This document shows, in pieces, positions 26,640 through 40,493 of a DNA stretch of 64,000 nt. The notes under the pieces are model-generated. The model had not been told where the DNA came from and made no database searches. It saw only the letters and a program-made list of their open reading frames with translations. Each line of letters opens with the position of its first letter. Positions within the stretch are counted from its first letter, which is position 1. Origin of the DNA: Octopus sinensis (lineage: Eukaryota); the NCBI RefSeq assembly GCF_006345805.1, contig NC_043011.1:28036464-28100463 (forward strand). Direction: 5' to 3'. The translations under genes and the position numbers were made by a program.

Positions 26640-29600
26640 GCCACCGAAACCTCTCAGAGATACACCAGATACAATTACCAACGAGGACATACTGTACATA
26701 TTGTGCTTGAGAAGCAACTGAAAATGAGCAGAGATGACCATCTACAGAGAAGCTTAGTCAAAATTTAAACGAACTATGCACAACATTGCACTCATTTTTT
26801 TCAAACAATTTTGAAAAAGAAACATCACCAAAATACCAAACCCATACTGAAAATATACCAATGTCAACACATTTAATTAAAAGCTGCATTGGCCATATTT
26901 GGACTAAAAACTTAAACACTAGTAAAATTTAGGTTTTTGGGACATGATAAAAAATGATATAAGGAAGAAATATATGATAAATGGATGAAACCCCTCGCAA
27001 AGTACCAATCAAACCAATCCCGGAAGAGCCCAAACAACAACGACAATTTATAGAGAACTTAGCGCTAGCGAAAATGATAATAGAAATTGAGTTACTTAAA
27101 CTTTGAGCATCGAATAACGGGCAAAAATATAAATCCATCGATGAAGAAATGCATAGCAAACTCACTAAATATGCTGATGAACATCTTTCCGAATGTGTTA
27201 GCAAAGTACGTAAAGAAAGCTGTGAGCCAGTAGAAATAAATCCCCTTCAACAAACTCAGTTTAAAAGAGAATACAGTTCAGATAACCCCCTTCCTGAAAA
27301 AAATCTAGAACAAATACATATTCAGAAATAAATAAACATCCAACTAGATCAAACAATAACCATCTAAAAGAGAACAAACACACAAAAGTAATTTCTTACT
27401 TGGAAGTAAACCGTTCTCAAAGCAGGAATATGGGCAATTCACAAATAAATACTAGAAGAAACCAACTTAAAATTAGGAGTAATTGTTTCTCTCCAACGAT
27501 TAGAAACAGCAATGGGACTACTTCTGTCTCTTCGCAAAGAAACACTCGACCCACGGAATTCCAATATATTTACCTAGGCAGGAATCCTACCATCATTTCA
27601 AATATAGTTAATAACACTGGCAATTTATACCAACGAAGAAGCTCGAACCATGTAAATCAAACCAATTTACCCAGACAGAAAAACCAGCCCTCTAGCAAGT
27701 TAAATATGATTAATAAGACTGACAATTTCTACCCGCGAAATTACTGTAAACATTTTTAGACCGAGTGGGGAGAAATAGGGACACAAAGTGGAGCAAAGTA
27801 TACAGGAGACACCCAAAGTAATAAATTTATCAAAGTAAACCCTCTACAACAAAATCAGTATACTTACTAACGGATGAAAATTTACCCCCATAAAGATCTA
27901 ACCAGAATGAAATTAAAGGCAATATTTTGGAATTCTGCAGAAAACTATGACTTACAGAGACACTAACTGGTTAAAAACAGAAGCACTTATCTTCCGTCTA
28001 AGGGTAGGAATAAAACACTAGATTACTTCTGCCACCATACCCAAAATTTCCTAAATACTGTCCATAAGCGGAAAATTAATTCAAACTCAAAACTTTAGAA
28101 TGGAAAAATCTGAGCTGCAAAACGACGAACTGACAATCAGCGAAACAAACAAAGGATGGAAACAGAATGCTAAAAAAAAACTAGTATTATCCATGCTAAA
28201 AAAACGATACCTTCTGCGAAAAAGTTGTAAACTATAAACAACAAAAAAACAATGAAAAATCTTGCATCCCTAATTTATCTACATGGAAAAGGCCAGAAAA
28301 AAAAAGAAATAGATGGTATCACGAATTTCAAATGTAAACCAAATCTTTTCTACGGCTTAAAAATACACAACAGCCACAGAATTAATGAAGCCTCCAAACA
28401 ATCACCAGGCACATACATAAATATCCTAGCGCCAGAAGATTTAAAGTTATGACCCATTATAGCTGGCCCAAACTCTGAAACCCACAGCCTAAGAATTTTT
28501 CAAGACTTCCTACTGAATCCATTATTAAAATACACCAAAAGTTCCATTAGAGACGATCTACATATGCTAAACCACCTACCAAAAGCAAGTAATGAAGAAA
28601 AACGCATGGTTTCTTTCGATGTTATTAATCTTTACACGATTATGGAATAGAAGCAATACCATTTTGGCTGGAAAAGTACCCCGCAGAACTTCCAGAACGC
28701 ATAAACCACGTTTTTATTATTGAAAATTTAAATTTTATACCTCAGAACAATTATTTCCTATTTGATGACACCTACTACCGACAAATATGATGAATTACGA
28801 TGGAAACGAAACCAGCCCCTTGCGAACCTAATAATGGAGTATTTTGAATTCCCCATATATGAAGTGTCACTTCAAAAGTATGGATAAGAGAGAACTGGAA
28901 AAGATATCTGGATGACTGCTTTATCATTTGGAATGAGACTACTGATAACCTTTTGGAACTTAAATCAGTACTAAAAAGTATAAACACAAAAATTCAGTTT
29001 ACACTGGAATATACAAAAAAAAAAACAATTCCCTTTCTTAGATATTCTGATAAAAAAGTCAGCAATCAAATTTTCACCGACATTTGTCATAAACCAACAG
29101 ACTCGGGTCAATATCTTGTTTAGCTCATGCCACCCGAAACACATAAAAAATATTCCCTTCAATTGAGCGAAAAGGATTTGCACACTTGTATCTGATGGAA
29201 GTACGTGGTACCCCGTCTTCAGAACTCCCAAACAACACTAACCGAGAGATACTGTCCATTCTCACTTATATAGATGATGGAATTAAATGCACCAAGAAAA
29301 TAGGCATTAAAACACTAAGGGAAAGAAAACGGAATACTACACCTCATATACACACACCATTCTACCAAATATTAAACACACACAGACACATTTACATACA
29401 CCATAATAAACCCTGAGACCAATCAAAAACGGCCCCCACATACAAACACATGTATATACACACACACACACACAGGTACACACACTCACACCATTATGAC
29501 CTCGGAGACCAATCCCCAAAACCACTGAACCTTGAAAGAGAAACAAAATATCCTTTCAATTCCACATTGCTCTTCTTTCCTCCCACCGAAACCAACCTCC

Positions 29601-29700
29601 CACACATTGTCCGTAAAAATAGTAAATAGCCTTTTATAATAAAATGGTGAAACAGGTCAGTTCAACTCAAATTCTTTGTAAACTCCTAAATATATCTCCT
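26640..29700 (+). mobile_element. Long, heavily degenerate Penelope-like retroelement
   Basis: PKVINLS, PNLFYGLKIH, PIIAGPNSETH, MVSFDVINLY, WKRYLDDCFIIW, PFLDILI, HKPTDSGQYL, CHPKHIKNIPFN; many frameshifts; outer boundaries approximate. Confidence 0.85.
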
Positions 29701-29706
29701 TCTGTG

Positions 29707-29754
<48 letters not shown>

Positions 29755-30023
29755 CACCAAAATATATATATATATCACCAAAATATGACCTTTTTGAACT
29801 TATAATTTTTTGTGTATATATATAGATACTTCCAAAAAAACATGATTTTTAATGAAATCCTAATATTTTTAATGAACTTTTTGATATTTTCTCAAGATTT
29901 TTCCTTGTAAACTGTTTTTAACATTTTCTTAATATTTTCCAGCATTTTTCAATTCGTAAGCATATATTCCATAAATCTACATACAATTGTCGAGTACTAG
30001 AATGTGCGGATGTGCGTTACGAC

Positions 30024-30114
<91 letters not shown>

Positions 30115-30195
30115 CCTACCTACCTACCTACCTACATATATATTATATATATATATATATATATATTAGATATATATATATATATATATATATAT

Positions 30196-30237
<42 letters not shown>

Positions 30238-30240
<3 letters not shown>

Positions 30241-30347
30241 GGAGTAAACACATAAATGTGGAACAAGGTGGTAAAAGAGTACTCAAATACCAGGGGTAGA
30301 GTAATATGCTTTATTGTTTTGTTGAATTTCTGCTGCTTTTAAATAAA

Positions 30348-30348
<1 letters not shown>
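30238..30348 (+). repeat. (AT)n-flanked PLE-terminal repeat fragment (same family as 46786-46950, 47354-47545, 60072-60170)
   Basis: ACCGGAGTAAACACATAAATGTG...GAGTACTCAAATACCAG...TTGTTGAATTTCTGCTGCTT. Confidence 0.75.
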
Positions 30349-30388
<40 letters not shown>

Positions 30389-30998
30389 TATATGCATATA
30401 TATGTTGGCACATGTGTGTGTAGGTATGTAAATATATGCATGAATGTATGTATGCATGTATATATATTCAAATTATGCAACAGAATCAGTTCTAAATTAA
30501 GATATTTATCTGTATGATACACGTAAGGCATGTCTGTTTCTGAATAGTCAGAGGCTTCAGGAAGCGTCTCGGAGAAAGATTTTTCAATGATATACACATA
30601 CAGAGTATGTCGTATAGAGAAAAGAATTAAATAGAGAGCAGCTTCTGTTGCATAGTCTGAAATTTCTCCATGATAGCAGTAGGTTTGTGTCGTTATTGGC
30701 TATTCCTTATTCACTGATTCTATATACTTCAGACACGTCGAGCTGAATTCCTGTTGAAGGTTAATCGACTGCGTGATATTGAAAAGCCTGAAAGACGGCG
30801 AAATATGCATCAGTCACGATCGCACTTCTTTTGGAAACAATATCATTTCGTCCAAGGTCTAAAATGTATTTTGTTTTTTAAGGAAATTCTTCCAGATTAA
30901 TCACTGCAGACTCTGACCTTTCGCAGATATGCATGCCTTTAGTATGTAATGCACGCACACACACACACACACGCACACACACACACACACACAAACAC

Positions 30999-31058
<60 letters not shown>

Positions 31059-31109
31059 TATGCACGCACAGATTCTCTCTCATATATATATATATATATA
31101 TACATATAT

Positions 31110-31348
31110 CTGGGTATGTACCTTATACCAAGTGACCGGATCTGAAATCGTATGGTGAAACAAAAACAACTGCAGGGTGGAAGGTGTTTATAAGCGATTA
31201 AAAAACACACAAAAGCCGTTAGATTCACTTCAACATTTAAATTTTAATTTTACTTTTTGACAAAATATTTTAATGTTGAAGTGAATCTAACGGTTTTTGT
31301 GTGTTTCTTAAATGGCTTATAAACACCTTCCACGCTGCATTTGTTTTA
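31110..31348. repeat. Fold-back module of the same family as 52761-53094, centre deleted
   Basis: GTGGAAGGTGTTTATAAG...TTCACTTCAACATT mirrored by AATGTTGAAGTGAA...CTTATAAACACCTTCCAC. Confidence 0.8.
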
Positions 31349-31352
31349 TACG

Positions 31353-31432
<80 letters not shown>

Positions 31433-31517
31433 GAAATTTACAGAAAAACAAAAGACGAAGACAAGTGTATAAGCAAAAAGAAGGTGTATTAGTTTGACGC
31501 TCGGGAGGGTGAGAAAG

Positions 31518-31555
31518 TCTTTTACGTTTCGAGACTACGCTCCTCAACAGAAATG
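31518..31555 (-). ncRNA. Minimal hammerhead-like motif, A6U core variant
   Basis: Minus strand TTT-CTGTTGA-G-GAGC-GTAG-TCTC-GAAA-CG-TA-AAAG; palindromic ACGT stem III; followed by ~90 bp and (AT)n. Confidence 0.55.
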
Positions 31556-32509
31556 AACACGAGGAAATAATTAGAGGCAGAATAATATAAAAAAACTTGT
31601 AGATTTAATCGCTTTAATGTAAATAGAAAAGGAAATTAAAGTTAGTTAAAATATGTTTGTGACATACTTCAACTGCAAAAGCAAATTTAAAAGGATGGAG
31701 ATGTGTGTGGTGATGTTGGATTTATTTTGTTATTCATTCAGCAGATATCATGGTAATACATTCTTTTGTTTGATCTCATGTAAGCATGACTCTCTTCAAT
31801 GAATTCTGAAGTCAACAGATCATCCGGTACACCCACTAGAGGTATCAACTGTTGGGTTTAATTGACTGAATTGATAAATGATATATATATACGACATGTT
31901 CCATAAAGTTTTTGTTTATTTAATTCACTCCCACGACTGTGTGAAGTTCCGAAGTTCGGAAATATAATACTTACTAAAAGTCCAATACAATGGAAGTAAA
32001 CTCGAAATCACGTGGTTGCGAATCGAACGTCTTAATCACATACCCATGTTTGTGCCTATATATCCCGCATCGGTAAATAATTCAAGTATACCTTGGTGTG
32101 TTGATGGACCGACTGTATTTGTGATGTACTAAATGTAGACAAGCGACGGAAGAAAACGTTTAGAAAAATATATCCGTCGTCGATAAGTGACTGCTTCCTT
32201 TACTTACTAAATGAAGGTAATTGCCAGACCTCAGGTTGTAGAAAAACCCTTCTTTGTCTGGATAACAACGTTAGTCAAAACACATCGTTTCTTCTCTCAA
32301 ACACAAGAAAATTCAAAGGTTATGAATCTAATGGTGATCAATTATAAATTATTGATGAAGGATAAATAGGTATCGATTATTTAACTCAAACACGAAAACG
32401 AAGTCGTTCTAGAAAGATACCAATCGTTTAAATAGTCTTAATTATCCCGATGGACTATTTGAAAAAAAAAAAAAGAAATGAATCGAAAATAGGAAGCATG
32501 GTAAAAGAT

Positions 32510-33060
32510 AATCATGATGGCGATGGTGATGATGATGATGAAGACGTCGACGACGACGACGATGGGGAGGTGGAGGAATTACGATGCTTTTGTTACTGTT
32601 GAACATCTTGATTATGTTTGTGATCGTAGTGTTAATGGTGATGATGATGATGATGATGTTGATAATACTGGTGGTGGTGATGGTGGCTGTGATGATGGTG
32701 GTTGTGAGGATGATGATGATGATGATGATTATGGTTATAGTGGTGGTTGTGGTAGTGATGGTGGGGATGGTGAAGAAGACGATGATGTTGATGATGATTG
32801 GCGGAAACGAAAGAATTGAAGGAGACGTTCACGATGGCGGCAACGGTGTCGTTGGCGACGATGGCGATGATGGCGATGAGGATGATGATGGTGGCGGCGA
32901 CTACGACGTCGTTGACAACAATGAAAGCGAAGAAATCACGTAGAACCGATAGAAGATCGAAAAGGAGAATGACTTAATAACGGAACCAAGAAGAAGAAGA
33001 AGAAGAAGAAGAAGAAGAAAGAAGAAGAAGAAGAAGAAGAAGAAGAAGACGATGACAGCC
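32510..33060. repeat. (GAT/GGT/GAC)n and (GAA)n low-complexity tract
   Basis: Direct reading of the sequence. Confidence 0.85.
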
Positions 33061-33711
33061 AGCCAATACACACGAATTCATAGTAAAGAGACTGAATATA
33101 CAAACGAAAAGAAGAGAAAGCCAATGTCTACACACATTAGAAGTTGAGAGCGAGCTCCTCTATATTCCCGATTGTTTAAATTGACATTACACAAGTAATA
33201 ATCTTAAGTAGCTTTAGTTAAAGGAAATCCCATAAAAAAAGTAAATAGATAAAAATACAAGTATATAATTTTGCATGAAGCAAGCGATTGAAATGTCAAT
33301 AGTGAGTCATGTATTCCGTTAGCTATTACTTCAGTTCGATTTTCCTGCAAGTTTATGAAACAGATTTAGATGATATAAAGAAAATAGTGTGTTTCTTTTA
33401 TTTATTCGAAATCTCTGAAGATGCCGTCTGCTGACAGCCTATATGATTGTCTGCATAATATATAATTGTATTTCAAAGTTGTGTAGGCAATTAGTTAAAA
33501 TTATGTGAAAGTGTAGTATAACTTCCAACGTAAGAATGTATCTAATTTAATATATTACGTAAGGAGGCATGTGGAAACTACGCTGAACACTCGCCGTTCC
33601 AAACTCACAAGATTTCAACTTACTCTGTATGTATGTATGTATGTATGTATGTATGTATGTATGTATGCATGCATGTATGTATGTATGTATGTATGTATGT
33701 ATGTATGTATG

Positions 33712-34301
33712 TTATTATTCAGTTTATATCAAGATTTCTTGCCAAAAGAGAAAGAACCGGTTTCTAACCTACATCCAAGGTTCCTTCATTGGAATTTCAA
33801 CATCAACAACAGGTTATTTTTGTTTGCATATAAGTACGTATGTGTGTATGAATGTATGTATGTATGTATGTATGTATGTATGTATGTATGTATGTACGTA
33901 TGTATGTATATGCAAATTTGTATGTTTTATGTATGTATTCTCATGCATATAATTGCATATTTTAGGCATGCTCATATATATTTAAATAATAAACTTTTGG
34001 AAACATTTACAGACTTTTACAGTTCCAGCGACGGATTGGATCTGTAGTCTTCGAATTAGCTTTCTCCTTTCTGGTTTTGAGAAGCCCAATTTCTCAAGAT
34101 TGGCATTTAGGCAGTGTGTTATATATCCCAGGGCTCCAATAATTACAGGTATAAACCTGAACTTGTAATCTGGATAGAGTAACTGCTGATTTCTCAATAG
34201 TTCAAAAGAGGTGCTCTCTTTTTCACTGATCTTCAGCTTTATGTTAACATCCGCTGGGCAGCTAATTTCCACAACTGTGCAGTTCCCCTTCTCTCTCCCA
34301 A
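33712..34301 (-). mobile_element. 5'-truncated R4/Dong-like retrotransposon (REL endonuclease C-terminus plus 3' UTR) within (TACA)n
   Basis: CTVVEISCPADVNIKLKISEK...FIPVIIGALG...LQIQSVAGTVKVCKCFQKF, open to the stop at 33982; (TATG)n on both sides. Confidence 0.85.
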
Positions 34302-34394
34302 ATGTATGTATGTAGTTGTGTATGTATGTATGTATGTATGTATGTATGTATGTATAGATGTATGTATGCATATATGTAAGGTGATATCAGGAAG

Positions 34395-35060
34395 TTCTTA
34401 ACAAAGCGTCAATGTGAAATTTTGCGTTAAACTTCAGATGTCTTGTACAGAGACACTGACGAAGCTTCGGCAAGTTTACAGCAGCAAGGAAATGGATCCT
34501 ACGCTTTGATGTGAGTGGCACGGGTGCTTCAAAAGCGAAATAACATCCCTGAAAGACGATGTACAAATTGGAAGACCTGCCACGAGCGTCATCCCAAAAA
34601 AGGTGCAGATTATTCATCATCTTGGGCATGAAGATTGTTGGAGAACAATCAGCGACATTGCTGATGTTGTTGGTCTGTCGCATAGGTCCGTGCAGCCAAT
34701 CCTAACGCCTGAATCGAACATGTGACGAGGCTCTGCCGAGTTTATCCCCCGCCTGTTGACCACTGAACAGAAAGGACATCGCGTGGAAATCTATTAAGAT
34801 CTTCGTCAGCGTGTCGCTGATGACCTATTCTTCATATCGAGAATCATCACTGGTGATGAATATTGGGACTACGGTTACGACTCTAAGATGAAGCAGCAGT
34901 TGTCACAATAGAAAAGGCTTTCGTCTCCAAGTCCGAAGAAGACACGACATTGCGGCAGCTCAATCAAGAGAGCATTTTCATCAACTTTTTTGATATCCGT
35001 GGTGTTGTGCATCGAGAAATCTTCCCCAAAAGGCAGAGCGTCAATCGAGTGTTCTACAGA
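34395..35060 (+). mobile_element. Degenerate mariner transposase, N-terminal two thirds
   Basis: QSVNVKFCVKL, KIGRPATS, FIPRLLTTEQKGHRV, RIITGDEYWDYGYDSKMKQQ. Confidence 0.8.
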
Positions 35061-35185
35061 TATATTACCAAAATAATTTGAAATACTATAGAGTAACTTT
35101 ATTCAATAAAATCGCCATCGGCTTCAACCACGACTTCGGAATCTCCTGCACCGCTTCTGGACGATCTCCTTCTTTAGGTTGCTGA
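35060..35185 (-). mobile_element. 3' end of another Tc1/mariner-superfamily transposase
   Basis: Minus strand ends VVEADGDFIE-stop; similar remnant at ~54795-54900. Confidence 0.5.
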
Positions 35186-36493
35186 ATGGAACCGTAACCG
35201 TTACCCATCGCACACTGTATATATAAATACATATATGTGTGTTTGTATGTGTGTGTGTGTATATATATTTATATAGTGAAATTAGGATTCAAATAGAATC
35301 AGATAGTTGAAAAGATATGCACCAGGTAGGGTAGGATATGTTTGGTGAATATTAAATACTATATTTATGAATCATTTTGAGAACAAGATTTGTTCCCAAT
35401 ATTTTTCAAATTTTTCGCAGTAATACATTCCAGGCTTCTTATATTATTTTTACTATACCTAGCAAATTGAATAAGTTTCCAAAACTATTTCCGTGTTTGG
35501 TCTCCTTTCTTGTCAACTGCAGTGAAGATAATTTTCTTACTTTATTGCAATAGTCCTTCGTTCCATTATTTGCAAAAATAACCTTGCATTTACCAGCACG
35601 GGCTTAAACCAATATTTAAAATGTTGTGTAAGACATGTGCATTATCTACGAACAGATTTCACTTAATGAAGTGGACTCAGGTTGAAAATGATACGTAAAA
35701 CTATCTCCACAGGATGAAGTAGTAACTCATGCATTTTAGACTTATTTCTATATGTAAGATTCAGCAGTTCTACTTTCGTAATGTATGACTGGAAAAGTTG
35801 CTCTTAAAGTGTTACATTAAGCTTTTGATTTTACTTAAGATGCACAGGCATCGGTCTTAACTTCAATAACCTACAAACACTAAAGTTAGCTACACTGGTA
35901 CTTGGAAAAGTTGACTTTAACCGAGATTTAATTTCATTCGTTCTATTTTCCTTTCTTTTGAAATGTGGCTGCTTGCAAGCGTTCGCGTCCAGAATTCGTG
36001 CATTTCGTCTCCATTAATGGCTTGTATATTTGTGTTAACATATTCTTCCATTGACTTTTTTCAAATTCTTTCGTAAGCAATTTTAGAATTAGCTCTCTCA
36101 TCTTTCATTTTTACATGTTTATATCCACACAAATAAATAAAGCAGGAGTTTAAATTCTTTTTACTGTCATGTGGCTCAAAATTTTAATTTGAGTTAGGAG
36201 CACAGTTGACTATAATGAAACCGTTATTTCACTGCAACATTATTTATTTTATTTCGAAAGCATGAAAAATAAAGTTGATCCCTTTTGAATTCGAAATCAA
36301 AATGCAAATAAATGAAACATACACACCGGATGATATTTTTTTTTTGAATATATTTCTGTTAATAAGCTAGCCTATATGACATTGTTAAATACACAATACT
36401 AATCACAATTATGTATTATGTCTGGTTGATTTTGTTTTGTCCACTTTAAATCCTAATTTAAACAGATACTTGACCATTAAAATTTAATTTTAA

Positions 36494-36815
36494 TGGTACA
36501 TGACTCAGTAGTTAGAGCGTCGAGCTCACAATCATCAGGTAGTCAGTTCGATTCCCGGACCGGGCTGTGTGTGCTGTTCTTGAGCAAGACACTTTAATTT
36601 ACGATGCTCCAGTTAACTCAGCTGTACAAATGAGTTGTGACGTCACTGGGGTGCCAAGCTGTATCGGCCTTTGCCTTTCCCTTGCATAACGCTGATATGC
36701 ATGTGCGACTGCTGGACTTCCATAAAAAGTCTTTCCCAGACTTATACCTCGGAGCGTAAATTTCTAGGTGCAATCTAATGGTCATTTATGACCGAGGTGG
36801 GGTCCCTACCCTATT
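36494..36815 (+). mobile_element. SINE family B head/body with an alternative tail
   Basis: GTTCGATTCCCGG head, CTTGAGCAAGACACTTT and GCTCCAGTTAACTCAGCTG body as at 45521; tail differs. Confidence 0.75.
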
Positions 36816-37778
36816 TACCATCGTTTTATATCCAACGTTACATTATTTAACATGTGCCTTTCTCTTTTAGGCTTCAGGGTGTGAGTTGCAGGACATTTAT
36901 GTGATATTTCTAGTGGATTGACAGATTAACCAGGTACTTCTGCACTGTGTTTCAGAGTGTGATTGGATAAGATGTTTAACCTTCAATAATTCCCTTCCCT
37001 GTTGCGGCATCAAAGCCGATTTGAAGTTATTTTCTTTCAAAAGGAAAAAATAGTATCCGAGGACACCAGTTATTGTGCTTTCCTCCATTTCATTTTTATA
37101 GTAATTACTACAAAACCACCTAAAACTGCTTGTTTTGAATTAAAATTGTCCATTATTCCGGAAATAATAAAAGTTAATTACATTCTCTAATCAAGTTTGG
37201 GAAAATTGTATTCTATTTAATTAATAAAAAAAAATAATTCACAGCGGGTTATTTATCTGTAATAATGCGTCGTGGTATTTAAAGTTTGGAATATTTATTT
37301 TAATGGGAAGATGAGATGATAGACTGACACAGCCAGGGTCCTCGGAAAAAATTAATGGTGCCATTGAAGTGAAATACCTGGAGTTAAGTTACACATTTAG
37401 ACGCTAATAATTTACATTTTATTTTATTCTTTCCAGGGAGTGAGGGACAGAGATAATATTCTACACGACAAAGTCTTTAAAGGTATAAACCTTATTAAAT
37501 TCGCAGTCTAGTAATATATTATTAATAATAAGTATATCTTTAAATTTAGTTGCAAATTTATTTGCGATGTAACTTTAGAATTGAGTTGATGTTCAGATAA
37601 ACTGTGTCTATGAAGCGATTTCGATATCCGTTTGTAACTGGTTTACGTTAGTGTTATTCTGCATTTATCGTTTAGTCTTAATATTTTAATAGGTTAATAT
37701 GAAACAATATCGCTTTCCAAGCTATATAACCAATACAGGATGAGCACACACGCGTACCCTTAAACACACGCACCAACA

Positions 37779-37839
<61 letters not shown>

Positions 37840-37951
37840 AGTGTGTGTGTGATGGACAGAAATTGTCCAAGTGATTTCTAGATAAAATCTCCTTTTATGA
37901 GTGTTTAAAGTTTACTCAAGATTAGCGGCGGCGGTAATCCCATTCCAATTA

Positions 37952-38085
37952 ATTATTTTTTCTACTCTTGGCGCAAGACCCGAAATTGTTGGAGAGGGGA
38001 CCAGTCGATTAGATCAACCCCAGTACGCAACTGCTACTTAATTTATCGACCCCGAAAGGATGAAAGGCAAAGCCGACCTCGGCGG
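37952..38085 (-). mobile_element. SINE family C, 3' half
   Basis: Reverse complement of GCCGAGGTCGGCTTTGCCTTTCATCCTTTCGGGGTCGATAAATTAAGTA. Confidence 0.75.
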
Positions 38086-39104
38086 ATTCCAATTAATTAT
38101 TAGTTATGGAAGAAAAGGTCATCGCATCAGTGGTAAAAATGAGCGCGTGAATTTCAAAATGTGAATGCAAATTGCATTCTAATTGAATTAGTAATTTCAA
38201 ATGAAACGATAAAAAAATTGGGTGAGGAAAGGAAATCTAGATCAGTGATTGGTCAATGTCTGTCTTAAGACACATAATATCGAATATGGCCTTGCCAGTA
38301 GAAATTATTTATAGTGACTTCGACTCCTGGAGTCATAAAAGTTAGTGCTAAGTGAAAACAATTCAGAGCTCCTATCTAGAACGTAGATGTAAATTGGCTC
38401 AATAAAAAAGTCTCGTATAGACATAAAATAAAATAATGGAATGTTAGTGAACGAAAGCCTGTAACAAGTAATGAATAGAATAAATTTAAAAACAAAATAC
38501 ATTTAATCAAAAATAAAACAAAATCTGGTTTTCATGGTAAACTCACAATTCCAGCTTACAATTCTGGCTCAAACCACTTGAGAAATCTTGCTACTGTTCG
38601 TGTTTCCAATTTGAGATCTTTATTTTACTTTTTCTTTCACTTTTTAAAAAAATAATTATGTCTGTCTTGTATTGGTAGAGAACTTCACTTTTATACATGA
38701 AAAACACAAGGCTTTCACTTAGGTAAAGTAATTCCAAATGCTCTAAAGAAACCAATGTGTTGTTTAGTAGAAAAAAAGTTCCCTCAGATGTTAAAGTAAA
38801 TTATATAGTTTAGACAATTGCTTACATGAACATAATACACATGGCATTACCTTTATTTCTAGTTCAATTTTCCGTCGCTTTACATTTGGTGCATAGTCCA
38901 ACTAGACTGCATATGATAAGTGGGTATAACTTTTTTGTTAAGTGAAATAGACAGTTTAGAAATGCTCATGCTGGTAGAGGAATTCTTCCTCTGTAGTAGC
39001 ATTTGATTTTCCCCCTTTATTGCTGGGTTCAAATAGAAGCGAAGTGCTCTCATTGAGTTTTTAACGAATGAGGAGTGTAGCGTACCTGACATATACAGAA
39101 AGCT

Positions 39105-39488
39105 TGGAAGCACTCCGTCGGTTACGACGACGAGGGTTCCGGTTGATCCGATCAACGGAACAGCCTGCTCGTGAAATTAACGTGTAAGTGGCTGAGCACT
39201 CCACAGACACGTGTACCCTTAACGTAGTTCTCGGGGATATCAGCGTGACACAGAGAGTGACAAGGCCGGCCTTTGAAATACAGGTACAACAGAAACAGGA
39301 AGTAAGAGAGAGAGAGAGAAAGTTGTGGTGAAAGAGTACAGCAGGGATCACCACCATCCCTGCCGGAGCCTCGTGGAGCTTTAGGTGTTTCGCTCAATAA
39401 ACACTCACAACGCCCGGTCTGGGAATCGAAACCGCGATCCTACGACCGCGAGTCCGCTGCCCTAACCACTGGGCCATTGCGCCTCCAC
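39105..39488 (-). mobile_element. Full-length young SINE (family D head, family B tail) with 11 bp TSD
   Basis: TACAGAAAGCT at 39094-39104 and 39489-39499; head box A TGGCCCAGTGG and box B GTTTCGATTCC. Confidence 0.9.
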
Positions 39489-39789
39489 TACAGAAAGCTA
39501 CATACAAGAGCAATGTGCATAGAGTAGAAAAGACAGGAAGCACCGATGGAATAAGAACTACCAAGGAAGAAACACTAAATTGCAACCGTTGTCACAAATT
39601 GCCAGTATGTGGAAGGATTGGTTTGTTTAGACAAATTTAGTTACGATCCGTGAATTTTCTCTACAACTCGGATGTGTGACAATATATAATTAAGTACCAG
39701 TTGCCTACTGCGATCGATCTAATCAACAGGCTCCCTCCCCAAGATTTTCGTGTCTTGAGCCTTGAGAAGAAAAGAATATATTATAGAAG

Positions 39790-40460
39790 GTGATGGAAAA
39801 ATTTAGATGTAGGAAAGTGTCTTCACCTCAGCAGCAGATATCTAATTGGAATAAAAGTGTGTAAGTCCGCTCTGATGCGCTGGAAACATATCAAGCCAAT
39901 AAAGATATAGTTTTCCAATCTGGTGACGGGGAATGAAATCTGGACGTTCTTATATGATTCAGAAACTGAGGTCGGTCTATGGAATGATGTTATACCTATT
40001 TTCGAAGTCTTGAGACATTCATGAGTCTGTAATTTGCACTGAGAGTTGTAACGACTCTTGGGAGATGATAATAGTGTTCTTCTCCTTGATTTTCTGGAGT
40101 AAGGTTATACATTAAACAGTCAGGGTATAACTGTATAAGGCCATGTGAATCCGTTAAGAATTTGTGAACATGAAAGCGAAAAATCGCCCATAACTTTAGA
40201 AAAAATTAGGCAATCAGTAAATTGAGTAGGTCAGTTGTCCCCCATGTATTGTACAGTTTTGATCTGGCACCCACCAACATTCATGTTTCTATTCAATGAA
40301 GGACACTATTTGGGGACATTGATTTGATGAAACATACGAATTGGAATTTGCTGCGAAGAAGTAGTTAAAGTACCACAATGCACACTTGAAAGGATTAAAC
40401 TGTTGGATTTAATGATAACATAAATACTTCGCTTTTCATGGAAAATATCTTTAGTGCAAT
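39790..40460 (+). mobile_element. Highly degenerate mariner transposase
   Basis: LVTGNEIWTFLYDSET (~39920) and PHVLYSFDLAPTNIH (~40240, YSPDLAP-like). Confidence 0.7.
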
Positions 40461-40493
40461 TTGAATTATCTATATCAGTTAATAAAAAAAGGT

